In this document: in pieces, positions 58,663-64,000 of the stretch
Position numbering within the stretch: the stretch's first letter is position 1
How the letters are laid out: the number at the start of each line of letters is the position of its first letter
From: Neoechinorhynchus agilis
Lineage: Eukaryota; Animalia; Acanthocephala
DNA length: 64,000 nucleotides
Direction: 5' to 3'
NCBI GenBank assembly: GCA_051530055.1
Contig: CM121342.1
Coordinates: 7,820,691-7,884,690, forward strand
Notes under the pieces: model-generated
The model's input: the letters and a program-made list of their open reading frames with translations, nothing else
Told to the model about the DNA's origin: nothing
The model's database searches: none
Program-made: the position numbers and the translations under genes

Positions 58663-61036
58663 TTATTTAATGCTCGCTTTTAGGAAGATGAACTGTTTCT
58701 CTAAACGTAGCATTGGTATCACATCTACAAATAATTGAGATACGGGTGAATCTTTATTGACGACGGACGGCTTGACAGTTGCCGCTTCGGCCGTCTGGAG
58801 GAGACTTTGACTGGATGGAGCTGTTATGTTAGCCAAGCATTCTATGGTCGCTGGAGTGGATGTGAGGCTGCCCATTTTGTGGCTCAGTTGATTACAAGAA
58901 GTAATGTTGCCGTTATTAGCTACAACCAACAGAAGAGTACATCGATCGTTATCGACCGCTTGGGCATAAACAACGCAATTTTGAGTTTGTAATGTGTTTC
59001 TTCCCAAACTATTCGTTCGGATATCTGATCCAGAACGAACGCGATCAACTGCCGATTCAGCGGTCGAAGATTCCGTTTCGCTCCTCTTACTTATTCTACC
59101 ACGAGATGGTTGTCGATGCGACGGCGTAGGCGGCAAAGGAACAACTTTCGTTTGGACACTAAAATAAACCGGTTTTTCCCTAACATCAACATCGTCGTCG
59201 CATTGATTGAGAATTGAATGAATCGGCTCACAAATACCGGCCCACCAAATAGCAGACCCGATCGAATTCGAGGACTGTGGTGGGTACGCATAGCTTAAAA
59301 CCATTTGAGTCCGTTGTTTCTTTTTGGGTTTCGAATGCTGTTGGGATTGTGAGACACGATGAAGATGGTGATGACTGCCGAATGACTGAGACAAATCCGA
59401 GTTCTCGTCGTGGATGTCGAAATCAGCGGATTTTGGCAACGTGTAACCCCATGCACCTAAGAATTATGCACTTTATTAACCTAGAGCCACACTTGAAAAA
59501 ATTACTGTTTACAGCTTGCCGAGATGCTCCTCGTAGAAATGGTACTTTGTCGGATCCGTTTGGATTTGGATGGAGCATTGAGGTCACCAATCCAATATGA
59601 TAGTTTTGATTCTTCTTTTGGAATGCAACAATCTTACCATGAATGTCCAATGATTTGATCGGAAATTGCTTCAACTCATTGGGACATTCACTCGACCTGC
59701 CTGAATGTCCTCCAGACGGCGGTGCGTTCGACAAAAGAACCGTATAAAAGTAAAAAGTGAACTATACACAAACACAGAGAAAACTTTTTGGCTCAAATAT
59801 TCAGAAAAGAAAAACCTTTGCAGTAAGTCCTTCGTAGAGACGGTTAAACCATGTCACTAATGGAAATTGTTGACGTTTTGAGAAGAATCTGCCCTAAAAG
59901 TATATGATTCAACGAGTCTGATTTGTTCGAAGGAGAGACAAAATTGATTGGAAATTATAGGGTATAAATGCCGATTTTCCTTTCTGTTTGGCACAATTAT
60001 ACTTGATCTCCATTACCTCTGAAAATGTATAGTTGCTCCATTTTTTAATGACAAAACTAGCACTGTGGAGGTGAAGTAAAGAATCAAAATACTTAAATTC
60101 CCTAATTTTGAGTTCAGCAGATAGAATGTGCATAAACACATCTATTTCTTCTCTAAAGATAAATTAAAATGTAAATCTCAACAACAACAACAACAAAAAA
60201 CGTACCTGACCAAGTTCATCAAAGGTTTCATAATTTGAGCTCGACTAATGGTTGACATACTGTTCATACTTGACGATGTCGACTTAAACTCAGAGCTCAG
60301 TGACTTAATAGCAACGAGACATTCACATTTATGATCGATTTGGTTGCAGTTAGTCACATTGGTCGCAAATGATTCGTAGCTTTGTGATTTTTTTAAGGAA
60401 AATAAACTCATGGAAATGCCTTTGGGGTTCATACAAATTGCCTATTTACCGCCATAAATTTAGAAAAAAAAGTAAATTGTAAGAGTTAAACGTGTGGGAT
60501 TGCTAATAAAACAAAAAGAGGATACAATCCAATAAGCTTGCTTCTGATTTGACATAACTGCCTCAAATAGGGAAGGATATTGTTTGAAATGAGTTCTTCG
60601 AAATTGGTATCCGCTTTTTTTTCAGTGATCGTTGTACTATCGTTGCCCAAGATTTGCATTGTTACTTTTTCGCTCAATTCACTATAACACGAACCATAGA
60701 CTCCCTTTAGAGTCTACTGAAGCAATTTCGAACATTTTAACATATCAAATCTCACTTCTTTAATAAAGTTACGCATCGCCCATTTAGTGGATCCTCCAGT
60801 AAATTGGAGAGAATAGTACGCTTTTTCAGCATAGGCGAAAGTACCCAAGAGAGATGCGAGTGCTTGCCATAAAGGAGAATACTTTAAAACGTCTTTCTCA
60901 GAATCCTGTAGAACAACATAAGAAACGTTTTAACAGTCGATCTTACCAATAGTTCTTTGGCTTTGTCGAAGGACATGCAATTAAGTTCTTGGAAAAACCT
61001 GTGCACTGCAATTTCAGTGCGATTCTGTGGACCCAT
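58663..61036 (-). CDS. KICS2: KICSTOR subunit 2 (C12orf66) homologue, multi-exon
   Basis: EIAVHRFFQELNCMSFDKAKE; WQALASLLGTFAYAEKAYYSL; REFKYFDSLLHLHSASFVIKKW; DIHGKIVAF. These match recalled C12orf66 blocks in the correct order. Confidence 0.8.
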
Positions 61037-61509
61037 TGTAATACTTTAGACGTCTAGAACAATCGGAACGCGAGACTGTGTTTTCCAACAAAAATACAAC
61101 TGAAAGAGTTTCTTTTATCCGCGAAAACGGTGTTATCTAATGCACTTGCCCAGCCCCTGCATTGTTTGACCGATGAACATGGCTTTGCAATACACTCCTC
61201 TAACACTCTTTCGCATCGGTTTGCGCTTGAAAATGCCAGCCAACGTGGGACCACTTTTCGTGAGACCCCGGGGTCCTGAGTCAAAACGTAAATTGATGTT
61301 GAGCGAGCGCTTGTTTGTGTTTTAGATGTTGACAACACCTGAAGAGGAGACCGGCGAGTCGCGAAAATTCGATCAAATAAATGTCGGGGTGAGAGACGTC
61401 ACAATAACTATCTTTAGTTTCGAATTAACGAAAATCACGCGACTTCTCATTATTTTTTTTGAGTAAAAGAATCAAATAAGCAGCCAGCGTTCAAATATTT
61501 CAGCGGAAG

Positions 61510-64000
61510 CTGCAGCTCGTGAGTTTTTCGTGATATCCTGCCCGATTATAAAACTTGGGATTAACGGATTTTTCTGTAGCGCACGAGTCTTTCGTGATAA
61601 TCTACAGCTCGTGAGTCCTTCGTGGTTATAAAACATGGAATTAACGGATTTTTCTGTAGCGCACGAGTCTTTCGTGATAATCTACAGCTCGTGAGCCTTT
61701 CGTGATAATCCCCCGATTATAAAACTTGGAATTAACGGATTTTTCTGTAGCGCACGAGTCTTTCGTGATAATCTACAGCTCGTGAGTCTTTCGTGATAAT
61801 CCAGCGCACGAGTCTTTCTGATAATCTACAGCTGTTTTGTGTCGATTAGGGTTTTCTGATAATCTACAGCTCGTGAGTCTTTCGTGATAATCCCCCGATT
61901 ATAAAACACGGGATTAACGGATTTTATTTGCAGCGCACGAGTCTTTCGTGATAATCTACAGCTCGTGAGCCTTTCGTGATAATCCCCCGATTATAAAACT
62001 TGGAATTAACGCATTTTTCTGTAGCGCACGAGTCTTTCCTGATAATCTACACCTCGTGAGTCTTTCGTGATAATCCCCCGATTATAAAACACGGGATTAA
62101 CGGATTTTATTTGCAGCGAACGAGTTTTTCGTGATAATCTACAGCTCGTAAGTCCGTCGTGGTTAAAAAACTTATAATTAACGGATTTTTATGCAGCACG
62201 CGAGTCTTTCGTTATAATCTACAGCTCGTGAGTCTTTCGTGATAATCTTCCGTGGTTATAAAACTTGGAATTAACGCATTTTTCTGTAGCGCACGAGTCC
62301 TTCGTGATAATCTACAGCTCGTGAGCCTTTCGTGATAATCTACAGCGCACGAGTCTTTCCAGATAATCTACAGCTCCGTCATTTTGTCGAGATTCTAGCC
62401 ATCAAAATCCATTAATCCCAAGTCTTATAATCGGAGAGATTATCACGAATCGCAATCCGAAGAGCGTGGGCGCTGAGTTGATTCCTTTATTAAAAAAATA
62501 ACACAATTCGGAGTCTTTCGTGATAATCTACAGCTCGTGAGTCTTGAAATTAACGGATTTTTCTGTAGCGCACGAGTCTTTCGTGATAATCCCATTCAAA
62601 ATCCAGAACTCGAATTCCAAGTCTTATAAGAGTGATCTCAACATTTTTATTCATTGAAAAAATCGCGACTCCGAATTGCGTTATTGATTTTGAATAAAAA
62701 AATAACACGCCCACGTTCGGAGTCTTTCGTGATAATCCCCCCCGATTATAAGACTTGGAATTAACGGATTTTGATGGCTAGAATCTCGACAAAATGACGT
62801 CTCAACATTTTGTCGAGATTCGTTAATTGATAAGACTTGAAATTAACGGATTTTTGTTCATGGCTAGAATCTCGACAAAATGGCGCAAAAATCCATCCGA
62901 AAAATTCCAAGATGATCTCAAGGATTTTCGCAATCGAGATTCCATTGATTTTTTTATTCAAAAATCACGCGAATTCCGAATTGTGTTATTTTTTTGAATC
63001 TAAAAGATTATCACGAATCGCAATTTGAGGGCGAAGAGCGTGGGCGCTGAGTTGATTCTTTTATTCAAAAAATCTCCGAATAACACAATCTCTTGATTAT
63101 GATTCGTGATAATCCCTCCCCCGATTTTAAGACTTGTTCACGGATTTTTGATGGCTAGAATCTCGAAAAATGTTGAAAAATCATCAGTGATTCGCGAGAT
63201 TCCATTGAACAAAAATCAAAATCGTTAATTTTCCGGGAGATTATCACGAATGCAATCTCGCGTGGGCGATTCTGAGTTGATTCTTCCCCCGATTTTGAAA
63301 CTTGGAATTAACGGATTTTTTTTAGATTCCATTGAACGAGGCTCGAAATGAATCTCGAATCAAAATGGCGCATCAATCTTTCCGAAAAAGAATTTTTCCG
63401 TCATTTTGTGAGATCTCAATCAAATCCATCCGTTAATTCCAATTCCATTGAAGGGAAAAATCACGAATCGCACTCCGAATTGTGTTATTTTTTTTATAAA
63501 AGAATCAACTCAGCGCCCAGTCTTCGTGATTTTTGTTCAATAATCCCTCCCCCGATTATAAGACTTGGAATTAACGGATTTTGATGAGAATCTCGACAAA
63601 ATGACGGAAAAATCCATCCGAAAAAGAGTGATCTCAACATTTTAGATTCCATTGAACAAAAATCACGCGACTCCGAATTGTGTTATTTTTTTGAATAAAA
63701 GAATCAACTCAGCGCCCACGCTCTTCGGATTGCGATTCGTGATAATCCCTCCCGATTATAAGACTTGGAATTAACGGATTTTGATGGCTAGAATCTCGAC
63801 AAAATGGCGGAAAAATCCATCCGAAGAAGAGTGATCTCAACATTCTTTAGATTCCAATGAACAAAAATGTTGAGATCACGCGACTCCGAATTTTGTTATT
63901 TTTTTCTTGAATAAAAGAATCAACTCAGCGATTGATCCGAATCGCTCTTCGGATTGCGATTCGTGATAATCCCTCCCCGCGATTATAAGACTTGAAATTA
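61510..64000. repeat. Complex satellite running off the window end (short-unit domain 61.5-62.4 kb; ~200-bp unit in mixed orientation 62.4-64 kb)
   Basis: Recurrent TTCGTGATAATC, TTATAA(G/A)ACTTGGAATTAACGGATTTT and AGCGCACGAGTC. Confidence 0.95.

Noticed and set aside
61054-61338. ORF upstream of KICS2 as an N-terminal exon or separate gene
   Set aside because: KICS2 similarity begins at the ATG at 61036, and this ORF has no recognisable homology.
61700-61730. CENP-B box-like TTCG-N4-A-N2-C in the satellite
   Set aside because: It ends in CCC, not the required GGG.

Overview
AT-rich eukaryotic DNA, probably from a compact invertebrate genome: short GT-AG introns of about 40-50 nt, standard genetic code, and Dispatched and KICS2 homologues. 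The left ~40 kb is a dense mosaic of decayed retroelements: an RTE LINE, Ty3/gypsy pol, CR1/L2-like and I/Jockey-group LINEs, CRE-clade fragments and Penelope-like (PLE) pieces. It also holds three intact, intronless paralogues of a predicted secreted acidic repeat protein (825, 636 and 647 aa) in duplicated cassettes, plus tRNA-Phe. The right ~24 kb carries a CCT6 pseudogene, Dispatched, a kinesin-13-like gene, tRNA-Thr, KICS2, a 384-bp tandem array and a terminal satellite. The strongest hidden signal is a set of about nine short foldback elements from several unrelated sequence families. Their arms each read as a minimal hammerhead ribozyme, one per strand. Several have 8-12 bp target-site duplications (TSDs) and a ~30-nt tail on one side, and one family has a fixed U3-A8 compensated catalytic core. 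All analysis was done by eye, so coordinates of decayed elements and exon models are approximate.
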